64,000 nt of DNA from Amphiscolops sp. MND2022 (taxonomy: Eukaryota), in the NCBI GenBank assembly GCA_964187785.1, contig OZ076409.1, forward strand, positions 38,628,001 through 38,692,000, given 5' to 3'. Numbering within the stretch: the stretch's first letter is position 1; each line of letters starts with the position of its first letter. Under the pieces are notes generated by a model. That model was not told the origin of the DNA and ran no database searches. It saw only the letters and a list, made by a program, of their open reading frames with translations. This document shows positions 1 to 11,553 of the stretch, one piece after another. Position numbers and translations under genes: made by a program.

Positions 1-2039
1 GACTTCTTCATTGACAAGACTTTGATTTTACGTTGAATCTCTCAAAAGTTTCACCGCAGTTTTTTGTCAATATTTCCTTTGCTCAAGCCAAAGTGGCTTC
101 TTGAACCAGAGAATTACAATAATTGGACAATTCTTTTTATAATAATTGTTTTATCTCACAAATTGTGAGTGGTCCGTCGACAGAGAAGGTTCGTTAGCTC
201 TAGAATATCGATTTTTGAAGACATTGCTTGGTACATTACCGAGATTTGAAGGTTTGAAATTCAAACAAAAACTCTTTTTGAGCAATCCTAAAGAATCATT
301 GTACACCGACTACGATCGCTTCGCGATCTCCGTTCCCCCTAGGTCTTTGCTCCTGTTCGACCTCGCTTAGCAAGATGGGAATATAAGGGGCCGCGGGGCA
401 CTAGAGGAAATGGGAACATATATGAGGCACGTTTTATACTTTATATCACTTTTTAGTTTTAGATCCTAATTGACTTTTTTTTCTCAAATTAGATCAAATT
501 AGAAGAGATTTTTAGACCTGATTATTTAGATCAATTTATTTAGATCTCAGTTTTGCCCCCTCTCTTAGATCTATTTCATTAGACCTGATTCCACGTAGCA
601 GCGTAGTCACCCTATCGAAGAATCATCAATAGGCGCAATCGTGCAAGCGGGTAGGCTGTCCTAGATACATGACAATCCATTTTTGGTGCTTCATTTGAGA
701 GCTCTTCGGTGCTTCATCTGACAATCCTTTTTTGGTGCTTCATTTTCTTATACCCCCGTGATCATCCAATAAGCATGCGTTTAGTTTTTTTTTATTCAAT
801 AGTTTATTTTTTATTATCATCAATAATTGATAGCGTACTTTTAATAATTGTAATTGTTTTTTTTATAATGTGACGTCGTATGTGTATGTATTATCATACT
901 GATTCTTAATGTACTTGTATTTCGTTTTTGGGATTGTTAATGTCTCTCAATCTAAGAACTCTTCAATTGACACTCGAATTATTGGCTCAAACATGTTTAA
1001 TGTACCTCGCCTCTTAAAAGTTATTAATGCGTCTTTTTGTGCAATGTCGGATACGTCTGCTCAACCTTTTGGAAACGAGATTTCACCCTCAACAACTTAC
1101 TGCTGAATGACTATGAGAACCCCCAAGTTTGGGCCGCCAACATGGCACCAGATCAATGACAACCGTTCGGGGAGAAGTCTCTTCAGCCTAGCTGTAAAGT
1201 CACTACAACAACAATCTATGTCATCTCTATGTGCCTAGTTTTATAGTTGATTTATATTTTCAGATTGATTTTGACAGTAGACGTCGACAATTTCATTTGA
1301 TTGTTAATTTCGATTTTGGGTTTTTCGGGTTTCACTCGAGGCTCCTCTCAACTACGAAACTGGAAAATCTCTTCGTTTAAATTTTTTTCGGTAGGTCTCA
1401 GATAACTATCTGATAATTTAATCTCTCATAAAGGTGATTCTGTATTCCGGGTGACTATTACCAGTGTGGTTCCTATTTTCCTCAGAAACTGATGTTTGCT
1501 GGGCCACACTACTTGTTTCACCTCTTCTAGCACTGAAAAGTTTTTCCGTTTTCTTGAGTTTTCCCCTCTAGAAAAATTACAATCAGTTAAACTATTTTCG
1601 GGCGAATTTTTTAATGACAATTGTCTGGAAAAACTACTTGACGTTGTAACTTCCGTGAGATGTGCCCCAGAAAGCTACTTCGCAATGCAATCAATTTACT
1701 GTGATGATCAGTCTATTTTTTATACCATTTTACGTTCACTGTCAGTTCAATTTTCTCATACGAGGTCTTCTCCCAGTAACAATCACAAAGCCTCAATAGT
1801 ATTGATAATATCTTACCTTTCAAATTTTTGGAAGACGAAGTTTTCGTTTTTATATAATGCAAAACACCGTTTTTGACGCTGCGATTATTTTGACCTCTTG
1901 AATGAACTTCCCTCGTCCGCATCCACCAGAACTCATAGTGGAAATAACTGCTCACCTTTCAGTTGGATTTTTAATCGAAACTTATCTTGATTGTCAATGG
2001 ACGCCTAATTTATGTAGTTGCTGGGAAGCTCAATACCTG

Positions 2040-2363
2040 CATAGTGAAACGTGACTTTTGTAATCCACACGAACTGATCAAAATAGTTCTACGAAACTTT
2101 AGGTTGCCAAACTGGAACATTTAGCACAAGGAACTGAAATATAAAAGTTGTTCCTTTTTTCAGCGTAACATACAAAACCGGTCCCCCTTCAATTTTGCAA
2201 CAGAATGGATGTTTAAAAATACGAAAGTGATCCCATTTTAGCGCGCCAATTTGGTCCAATTTTTGGGTTTTTTGGGTATTGTAAAAGAAAACGACACTTT
2301 GAAGTCCTTTCGCTATTTCTGAGCCTTAGATATGGCGCGGACTTATGCTGTTCCCGTCTTGTT
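2040..2363 (+). mobile_element. HINE family 1, degenerate copy
   Basis: atccacacgaactga.caaaatagttc ... gagccttagatatggcgcggactt ... cccgtcttgtt. Confidence 0.7.
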
Positions 2364-2889
2364 TTCTTGTTCATTTCGACCCTTCTACAATTAAATCTCC
2401 TCTGCAGATAAAGTTTATAGATTGATTCTTTTGGATTTTTCCCGAGTACAAATCGATATACATACAGTATATAGAGATATTAGTCTCAGCTAATTATAAT
2501 GATCGGAACTGTTCGGATAGGCGACAAAATACAGATAGTGCGCGACAGATTCGGTATTATTTCTGGACTAACAGAGCGGAGACTCTGCCCTCCAGTTATA
2601 AAGAAAGGACCGTGTGTACTGAAACCCATTTTTCATGTGACAAATTATAAAAGGAGGGCGAGTCGGAACGTTGAAGAGGGTGTCGTATATGCTGCAAGCT
2701 GCAGAGCCTGCTTGCAGTGTCACTCGTGGTCCCATATAAAAATATGAAAACCGTGGTAAGTGAAAGACGTAGCTCGTCGTAAAATGGAAATCTAGCAAGT
2801 AAATGCACGTCAAGGGATACCCTTGCGGTGGTGCCACTACGACAGTCTTCCCTCTTCCACTATTTCTTCGATCGCAGAATCGATTATTT

Positions 2890-3640
2890 CGGGTTGCCCG
2901 AGTGAACGGCAACCGCGAACGGAGCTTTTCAGTAGGACAAAGCTTACTTTCGTTATGATGTAGCTCATTACCTCTGCATGAGCGTCTTGACTCTTTTCCT
3001 CATTTTGAATGCGAGCCTGGTCATGATCGTGGAGGAGCTGTTTTCAACTTCGATTGTTCGCTGTTCGTACTTCAATCGTTTTTGGGCTTCATGAGGATTG
3101 GAAATTTTTACATCGAAAAACGTACGATTAAATCTCGTTTCCAATAGATGATTTGCTTTGATATACAACCTGGCCTCGTATTCAGTGATCGTTGTTCTGT
3201 TATCGAAGAACTCGTCTTCTAACGGCTGAAGCTTTGGTTCAAGTTCACATCGAAGCAGACATCTTTCATGAGATTTGAAGTGTCGCGGATTTCGTTATGT
3301 CTCATTTGTATGTTTCCGCCTCTGGCACAGTGCAATGCGTGCGCTAGATTTTTTCCACATGGACATGCTCATGGGAATGCTACGGTACCTATTCATATCG
3401 ATTAGCAAGACCGTCGCGGAACTCCCGTCTTTGTTAATTAGAACCCGTAAGTTTTGAGGTTCAAGGTGTCGAGCCAACTGGATGGCCCTTTCTTCGACGC
3501 GTTGCAGGGCGTATAGCTGATCTTCAGTGGTCTCCTATTTATTTCACTTCTTTCCATTAACACCAGTTTTTTTATGGTTCGCTTAACCACATGTTGCGAA
3601 TTTTCAGCTGTCATGGGATCGACTTTATTCAAAGTCACCG
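2890..3640 (-). mobile_element. CRE-like (restriction-like endonuclease) non-LTR retrotransposon, 3' remnant
   Basis: Motifs SSWLDTL, CPCGKNLAHALHCARGG..RHNEIRD, EPKLQPL..ARLYIKAN..TFFDVKISNP, KRLKYEQRTIEVE and KVSFVLLKSSVRG. Confidence 0.82.
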
Positions 3641-4399
3641 TGGGATTGAGACCATCTAAGGTTATTTGTGTTATATTCGGGAAGAATTATGTCGAGACTT
3701 CCATTTCTCACGGGTAGGAAGAATAATATTCACTCAGTGATGTTTTCGTTGTTTTTGTGTCAGTGATGGATTTAGATTTTCGCTTCTCACTTTCTCGAGC
3801 TATTGTAGACACTCTTCCATGTCGGGCGTTGTTCCAGTTAAAATTACATTTTGGTTTGCATGCCTTTGGTATTCGCTTGATATACATTCTAAATAACTAT
3901 TTTGACTTGCTGCGAGAGTTTTGAACTTGTTTTTGCGTGCTCTCGCACTCTTTGTTTCAAAGTCGTGACAGGCAGGTGCGCTTGCGGTGATCGTCCGAGC
4001 ACTCAATGGCCTTCCAGAATGTCAACGTCTTTATTCCTGAACGTTTTTCTGGCGTTTTCTATAACAGCTCCTGACAAGCATTTTCTGCCAGTTCCACGCC
4101 ATAGTTCAGAAGCAACTTGCTGATTGTTAATTCCAATCGCCTGTTTGCATGATTGGGTGCAGATATACCATTTAACTTGACTTCAATAATGAAGAGGTCT
4201 AGAGTGCCAAAATTTCTCCATCTTCATTCACAAACGACATGTGTATTCAATGTATGGACTAGTAGTGCCTGTCATTTTGGTAAAATTGATCGACCGAATT
4301 CCTGTCGACGCGGATCTCTGGCAGTTGCATGTCCTTAATACTTTTGAAACAAGGATTCGCTACACTGGAAGTTTCACTGCAAACTGATACGGATGATAT

Positions 4400-6700
4400 C
4401 GTTTTGGATTAACATCGGTTGTAGACTTCAAAGTATTTTAGCAGCAAACTTGTTGAACTTTGTGTATGCTCTCGGAAGCAGCTTCAAGGCATGTGCTGTA
4501 GTTTGTGAGTGCTTGCCGATGCTCCCTTGTCCACACCTGGGCCGCATATAGTTTTTGTGGAAGTACTAAGGTCCCGTAAAGCGGTATCTTTAAAAGTTTA
4601 ATCTTTTTTGCAACTTTCCCTTCTTGTATGTGCTCATTGGGTTTCAGTTGGTTGACAATCATTGGTTCCAGAATTTTGTTGCTTCGAGTGATTTTGCACA
4701 GTTTATCAGAACAACATTACGTCTAGAACGTTCTGATTTCAGATATATTGATGAGGTCCCTGTTCACCTTTGAGTGTTTTGTTCGGATTGTTTGGCAAAT
4801 GCTTTGTTGATTGCCATATTTTTTGACAGCAGTTTGCCTGAAACGTCAACCCGGAGTTTATATTCAGTTGATCGCTTTTTTTCGAACATGCATTGGTCGC
4901 TTTGTGTTCCCAGAAGAGGCATTTTTGAATCATGTCTTTGTTAATTAGAAACGTTCGGATAAAAATGCAAGTTTTTAAATGGAGTCAAACCAATAAATAA
5001 CATTAATTTATATCTCTGAGTTTGGTAGTCATCTACATATTAGTACTCCAATGGCTCCTTCAACATTCATGCCAGTTTTTAGTCGGCGCTTCATGAAGTG
5101 AAACGCGACTATTATAGTGACTTTTCTTTTTTTTTTTTTTTTCAATCCACACGAACTGACCAAAATAGTTCTTAAAAGTTCTACAAAATATTATTGGTCC
5201 AAAATGCACTATTTGGTCTAGCGAACTGAACCAAAAAGGTTTTTCCTGTTTTTCCGCGTAACAAACCATACCGGGCGAGACCAAAGACTCCCCCCTTTCA
5301 TTTTTTTCGGCACTGCGAGACTTTTTTTCCGAAAAAAATTTTTTCCCCAAAGGGTCCCCCTGCATTTTTTTGATGTTTTGCGACAGAATGGATGTTGAAA
5401 AATCCCAAAGGGTCCCCCCTTTCAGTTTTTTTCGGCATTGTGAGATTTTTTCCCGAAAATGAAAATTTTTGTTTTCTTCAATTTTTTCATGTTTTGCGAC
5501 AGAATGGATGTTGAAAAACCTCAAAGGGTCCTCCCTTTCAGTTTTTCGGCATTGTGAGACTTTAGCGCGCCAGGGGCTCGCGCTAGCGAGCCCCGGCGCG
5601 CCACTCGGTCCATTTTTTTTGAGTATGTAATTTTTTCGAAAAATTTTTTTTCAAAAAATTTCGATTTTCGAGTACTGTAAAAGAGTACTTGACACTTGGA
5701 AGTCGTTTTGCTATTTTTGAGCCTTGGATATGGCGCCGACTTGGGCCGGTCCCGGCTTGTTTATGCTCAGTGTGATTCATGTCAATGACGTTATACGTCA
5801 GATTTTCCATTGTATGTACATTTGTATGATTACGTTAATGCTATGATGATGGATTTTTTGCTCATTCGTGTGGTTTCGGATCAGACACAGGTGTGTCACA
5901 TGTTCTGCAGGTTGTTTGCATGCCTACTACTCACTCCAGTGTTTCAGCAGCTAAGCATCCGCTCTTGGGAATTCCATGAGCTATGGTATCTATGACCGTT
6001 TCAACGCTTTCTTCAATCTCGAGTCGTTAATTTGGTTAGCCAGATTTTTTTGCTGATTTCACCGTTGATCGGCAGTTTATACAGAACCACATCGCTCCTA
6101 TCCTTGGGACTTTTTTTGCACGAATCGCAGATTATTGCTCACTGCTCCTTCCCAATAACTTCAGGACAACTATAGCAGGACTAGTTTTCTTTTTCTTGTT
6201 TCGGTCAGCCACAGTCTGAGTGTCCTAACCAAGGTACATATTGAGACCTACAAGTCCTTGTGGTGTCAAAATTGAATCTAAAAACAGACTAGAAAGGTTG
6301 ATTAACTGTTTAGGAATCGGTTGCCTTCTTCCAAGATTTTCTCCTGAGATGGCCGCGTTGATGTCAACCAATTTTCCATTCTACGTAGTGATTCCCCGTT
6401 GCTGGGGTGTTTCGAAATCATATTAGTGATAACGTCGTGCCACATATTTTTTTCGCTTTCAGTCTGCTGCTCAACGAAAAGCTTGTTTTTCTGTCAAAAG
6501 CGTTTGAGTTGAAAGTCCTCGGCTTGATAGAATTTTTATAGACGGCTTGATAGATAGGATTGTTCGATAATAACCAGAAGCTGTCTACCATTTTGGATAA
6601 AAGCAATTGATTTAATACAGCGAACAAATGATAACACACGTTTACCGCATTTGAATGATCTGACTCATTCAAACTATCTTAATTCATAAAAAACTTTTAA
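4400..6700 (-). mobile_element. Heavily decayed CR1/L2-group LINE ORF2, split by the HINE at 5076-5761
   Basis: Ordered faint motifs LSLIxF..ATG..EWKIG, HGIPKSGCL, YVDD-TKL (frameshifted, about 5020-5040), LFWEH..ACSK and LYGTLVLPQKLYAAQVW. Confidence 0.5.
5076..5761 (+). mobile_element. HINE family 1 (non-autonomous Helentron/Helitron2-like), full-length copy
   Basis: 5' end TTTTTAGTCGGCGC, 3' subterminal inverted copy GCGCCGACT, hairpin gccg-gtcc-cggc, end CTTGTT. Internal tandem aagggtcccccc modules and no TSD. Confidence 0.8.
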
Positions 6701-6872
6701 ACACTAAAAGGAGCCTGGAAAACGGCATAAGTCGAAAGGCTCAGAAAGACCGAAAGTGCTTCAAAGTAATTCTCAATCTAATAGTGCTTCATTCTCACCA
6801 GAAACATCAGAAAACCGAAGCTTTGCTGCTTTTCCCGCCAAAAACATCAAAAATCAGAGCGAAAACCCTTTT

Positions 6873-7380
6873 TAATACTTCTGCTTTAGCAGGAATATTA
6901 TTGAAATCTGGAAACGTGTACTTTTTTTCAGAACAATTTTTCGGACGATCTGAATAATTCAGATATTTTGTTCGGCAGTGAGTGTAAGCGAGAGAGCTGC
7001 CGAAGACAATTCAATTCTAGTGCGATGGAACGAGCGAGTAGTAATTATCCATTCGTATGCTGACGTCATTGAGATGAAGCGAGCGAATGTTCGTAATTGT
7101 GCTTTCGTTGCCCCGAGTTATTGAGATGAAGCGAATGAGTGTTAATTATTCGTTCGTTGAGAGCTTCGCCTGCATTCGTCTACGCTTAGTAGTTATATTT
7201 TCTTTAGTCCGAGAAGAATTAAAGGCGGTGTAAACTTGTACAGTGATTAATTGTGCTCTAAGTAATGATTAAACAGGAGTGTATTGGTATTCCAGATATG
7301 ATTCTTTTATTAATGATTTTTTTGTTTCAAAAAAATAAAGATTAAAGCAGAAATAGTACTGAGCCCCGGAGGGGCCTATT
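6873..7380 (+). mobile_element. HINE-like family 2, copy 1
   Basis: subTIR ttctgcttt / aaagcagaa, terminal hairpin gcccc-gga-ggggc, then ctatt. Paralogous to 15389-15911. Confidence 0.72.
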
Positions 7381-8029
7381 TTGTGAAAAAAAATTACTGA
7401 AGAAGTTATAATGCGGAAAACTGCAAAGGGTATCCCGTTAGGCCTGAAAACGCTTCATAGATATCAAAAAATGAAAAAATATCTTTTTTAAAAAGGGCTC
7501 TTGATTTTTAGTCGGCGTTTTCGAAGAAAAACCCGACTCTTACAATGGCTAGTTTTTTTTCGTCAGTTCAACGTGATCGGTCCACTTTTTGTGCAATATG
7601 CAGTTTTACCATATGTACTTAGTACTCCATTTTCAACGCATCCAAAGCCTCTAACATGAGATAAAAAGCCATTCAAAAGCAGAAGGGTCCCCTTTCCACT
7701 TTTTTCGACACTGTGAGACTTTCCCCCTTTGTTCGGCACTGTGAGACTGTTCAAATTTCTCATTTTTCGAAATTTCTAACAAGTCCTTCCCAAATAGTTG
7801 CACAGCGCCTTCGGTCTCGTCTACCTTTGCAACTTTAGTCCAGCGCGGGCTTTGAACCCTTGCACACCTTCTTTCCAGCCCCCACGCACCGATCCTCGCG
7901 CTAAGCACTATGCCAAGTGAGAAGTACTTTTCATTCCATCAATCCCGTAGTTTCAGGCAGAAACTTAGAAATTTAAAAAATCCTGCTAAAACTGCGTTTC
8001 TCACTTGCAAATGATCCCCCCCCAGCGCT

Positions 8030-8560
8030 TACATAGGCATTGTGGCGAAACCTTTCGTTCACTGCCCGTCTGAGTTTTCTAGTGTGCTAATCAAATTGTT
8101 CATTGTCCCCGTTCAACAAAACGACCGAGTTTTCCTAATGACCAATGCTCTTAAATAACAGCAATCAGACTTCATCAGGAAAAAGATTTCGTACCAAATA
8201 AGAAGCATTTGATTCCACAAGCCATGTTGAAATGTTCAATTCTGGTCGAGAAACTTAGCTTGATTTTGTATGGAGTTTGTAAGTGCAATTTTTAAATCTT
8301 CCATATATGATTTGTGACTTCCGACATCATTTTTTGATGTAAATTCTGTTTTGTCAGCGCTGTTTTTTGTCTTCCAGATATTTTGAGATGTTATTTGGTG
8401 TTGGATAAGAAACTAAAATAAAATGGATTTTGTTTTTAAAAAGTTTAGAACTGTTGTGGTAACTGAACCCACGTGTATTGGGTGGGTATTCGGCCCTTCC
8501 CTGTGAATTCGTAGTAGCGAGCATCAATTAACAATAATGTAACAGCTATCGTGTCGTCGC
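8030..8560 (+). mobile_element. Possible decayed LINE RT fragment
   Basis: QQSDF, EAFDSTSH, ILVEKL..LYGV and GWVFGPSL occur in RT order across frameshifts. Confidence 0.35.
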
Positions 8561-9499
8561 ACAACAAAACCGCCATTTCCTGACTGAAGAACTTTCGCGA
8601 TCATATGAAACGCCTTTACAACACTTATCACAGTCAGGCAACCAATCCAATTATACGAAACACTTGATAAAACTCAATTAGCTCTGGAACGAAACATTCC
8701 AAAAATGCCAAAAGACAGGTAGCTTCAGGGTAATGTACGTTTGGACTTCTGGTTTCTTTTTGCCACAAACCGATTGCACATGAAGTTGTATTGGATTTAG
8801 AACTTGAATAGTTCTTTTACAGTTGAAGCTGATTTTGAGAAGGCCACCGAATAGTACGAATGAGTTTAATTTTGTTTTTCAGCGATTGAGTCCAGACAGT
8901 TATGTATTATGTAAAGGATGTCAATTAGGCGAGTTTGCTGTATCTACAATACAAAAAGTGTTGCTTTGTTGCAGCTTCTAATTTTACCATCTACTTTTGC
9001 AATGTGTATGAGGTTAATATTCAAGCAACCGCTCTGATAAGGTGATTTTAGCGCACCGCTGTAAATGTATACGAACATCTTTAACACGAATTTGCCGTGC
9101 TTCGTTACTGTGGAATCGAATGACCTGTAAAGAAAAAATTTTGAACACTGTGACAACCAAAGTCATTATTTCTCGTGAAAAAAAGGAAACATGCTCTGTA
9201 AATGATACGTGAGCCGTTTAAACAGAACCTCTAAGGGACATAAATTTCAAGCTAAATTTTTTAAACGTTTCTAGACCTTAGTTGGTAGTCCTGTTATAGC
9301 TACAAGAAAGGGCGTTCATTAAAAGGTTTAAAATGGTATATTTCGACTTTCGGAACTGCAGTTCGAGTTGTTGAGAACATTATCTCGCTGTCAATTGTGT
9401 TATACGGTGGTTCAATGTGAAAATCATTATTCATTTTGTGTCAATTGTGCGATTGAGGCTTTCTCTTTGTCATTGACCTGCTTTTGTTGGTAATTTTAA

Positions 9500-10861
9500 T
9501 CTGCATGTAATTGTGCTGGTGTGCTCCTGTGCTACCAATACCAGCTCCACTAATACCAACTTACTAAAACTGTAACTATGCTCAGTGCCAGTTCCAAGTG
9601 ACAAATTCATTGTTTTGATGTTTTTTGCACACTAGCATGTTGCCTTGTGTTTGCAACGTGCCAAGACCCATTGAAGACGGTTTATACGACAGGAGGCTTA
9701 AATTAGATAGAACTAGGGGTGTCAGTAGCGGTCGGACGAGCGGCAATGGTGGACACTTCAAAAGCCTGCCAGTTGAGAATAGCACATTTGTTTTGGTTGA
9801 GTTAGTGGAGGGCATAAAACAAGGCGGGTGGGACATTACAGCAGCACTTTGTATCTGTTGCACTCTGGTTATGAGGTCTGAGTCCTGTCTGGCTCTGAGT
9901 CTATGTCTATCTAAAGAGGTCCATACAGCAGGGCTGTGCTCAAAAAGCTTCTTTCCTTGTTTCTCTCGCTCTTTTTGTGTCTATAACTATAATCATATAT
10001 CTCCCAGTCTACCAGCGAGTGTGAGTGTATACTACATTATTCAATGGAGTGTGGTAGTATTAGTAGTCTTTCTCTGTTTTTCTGTTCTCTACAAGCGCCT
10101 ATTTGCAGTATCAGAGAACTGAGCCGTTGTCTCTGCCTGAGATAGAGAGTGAGAGAGAATGTTGGAGAAATGACGAAAGACTACAATATATTTGAATGTT
10201 CAAACATTGCTACAGCCACCAAGCGCACCAGTGCTACTGTAATTCTAAGTATTAGAGCGTTTACCTCCTTCTCTAGCTAGCTAGCTCTAGCTTGTTCTCT
10301 TTCCTACTACTAGTTCCATACACCACCAGCACCGTCGTCCGTCCGCGGTCTCTTTCCATGTCCTGTACCTCTCGCTCTCTCTTTCTCTCTCTACTAGCAG
10401 CACCAACACCACCTCCTCTACCAGCTCCTCTCTCTTTCTCTTCTCTCCTGTACCAGCACCAGCTCCACTGTGGTTGTGGTTGCTGCAGCACTGCTGCTGT
10501 TGTAGTTCTCTTGCTTAATTCTGTTGTGTTGCTAGTCCTTTTAGACTCAGTTCAGTTCTGTTGCTCGAGGAGCAGCGAGAGCCTGCTTTTCTTTCCTCCT
10601 CTTCTCACTGTCAGCTCCTTGCACTTTGGTAGCAGTTCCACCAGCATCACTGGTCGTCGTCGCCGCCGCCACCACCACCGCCATCGTCTGACTAAATGAG
10701 GTTGTCTTTCTCTAACCAAAGCAAGGAGCACCTTATTCCTCATTTTGCAGCATCGTGTTATTTACAGTCATCCCCGGTCGCTATCCCGTTGCCGTCGCCA
10801 CCACGGCCGCCTCCGCCCGCCAACACCGTCAGACACCATCATCAAGACACCAAGTATCGTC
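9500..10861 (+). promoter_or_regulatory. Probable promoter and 5' leader of the host gene
   Basis: TE-free, relatively GC-rich stretch with GA/CT tracts (gagagtgagagag, ctctctctttctctct) and CAC/CGC triplets directly before the ATG exon. The TSS was not located. Confidence 0.45.
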
Positions 10862-10868
10862 ATGTCAG
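10862..10868 (+). CDS. Host gene, putative first coding exon 1a (ATG TCA G, phase-1 donor)
   Basis: The sequence atcgtcATGTCAG|gtgaga follows a long TE-free CT/GA-rich leader. Phase 1 matches the acceptor at 26934, giving M-S-D-L-F-C... Confidence 0.6.
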
Positions 10869-11534
10869 GTGAGAGTCAATTGTCACTTTGCTTTTCACAC
10901 CAAAACATTCCCCCTTTTAGCCCCCATCCGCTACCCGTCATCCCTTTGGGATGGTTCAGTCAAAACATTGAGGTCTCGTCTTCAATTGCATTACGTTTCT
11001 TGCAAACGTAGGTCTTTACGGTTTTAAGTTTTGTGGTGCCTTGGCTGTAAGTGAAAAACATGTATCCTGTTTAATAAAACCTAATTTTAATCTCTAGTTA
11101 TCGCAATAACTAATTCTGTTTCTGTCCCTGGGCAGGACGGCAGCGACGTGAAAGAACACAACGTCGACATATACTTGTGAGGAGAAGAGCAATTTAGTTC
11201 ATACTGTTGATTCTTTTCAAATTTTCATCAATTCTAGCATTACTTTAGAATTCTAGTTCTCAAGCGCTACACTGTTGGTTGACTAAGATTTGGTTGTATA
11301 AAATAGACTAATCTCAATCTCAGTCAAACCATATTCTGAACACAAATCGCTCAGTACTTAACTAACTCAGCAAAATGTGGCTCTAGACATGCAACACTTA
11401 GTGTAACTTTCTCAACTGTGAGTTCAGCTGAGCTTCTGTCTTCACTCCTCCCAATTTTGTTCTGTCGCTCCAAGTGTCCTGTTCCTTGTTTATCACATAT
11501 CCCCCCACGCAGCCCCAACCAGTCCCTCATCCCC

Positions 11535-11553
11535 ATGTCGGAACAACCGAGAG
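11535..11553 (+). CDS. Host gene, putative alternative first coding exon 1b (MSEQPR, phase-1 donor)
   Basis: ATG TCG GAA CAA CCG AGA G|gttagt. It has the same phase as exon 1a and the same donor hexamer as the 31044-31130 exon. Confidence 0.45.

Noticed and set aside
100..1960. Possible retroelement or other coding remnants at the window start
   Set aside because: No ordered motifs could be recovered by eye.
5060..5524. Recurring ORFs with peptides such as LKGGTLWDF and FGQFVWIEKK (also near 13296, 23578, 34161-36378, 62537 and 63764)
   Set aside because: They are translations of non-coding HINE repeats, and frames and lengths differ between copies.
5280..5560. Regularly recurring aagggtcccccc units as a CRISPR-like array
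   Set aside because: The intervening sequences are homologous to each other, there are no cas genes, and the context is eukaryotic.
9582..10122. ORFs 9625-10122 (+) and 9582-9863 (-) as genes
   Set aside because: There are no recognisable motifs or splice links, and the composition fits promoter or leader sequence.
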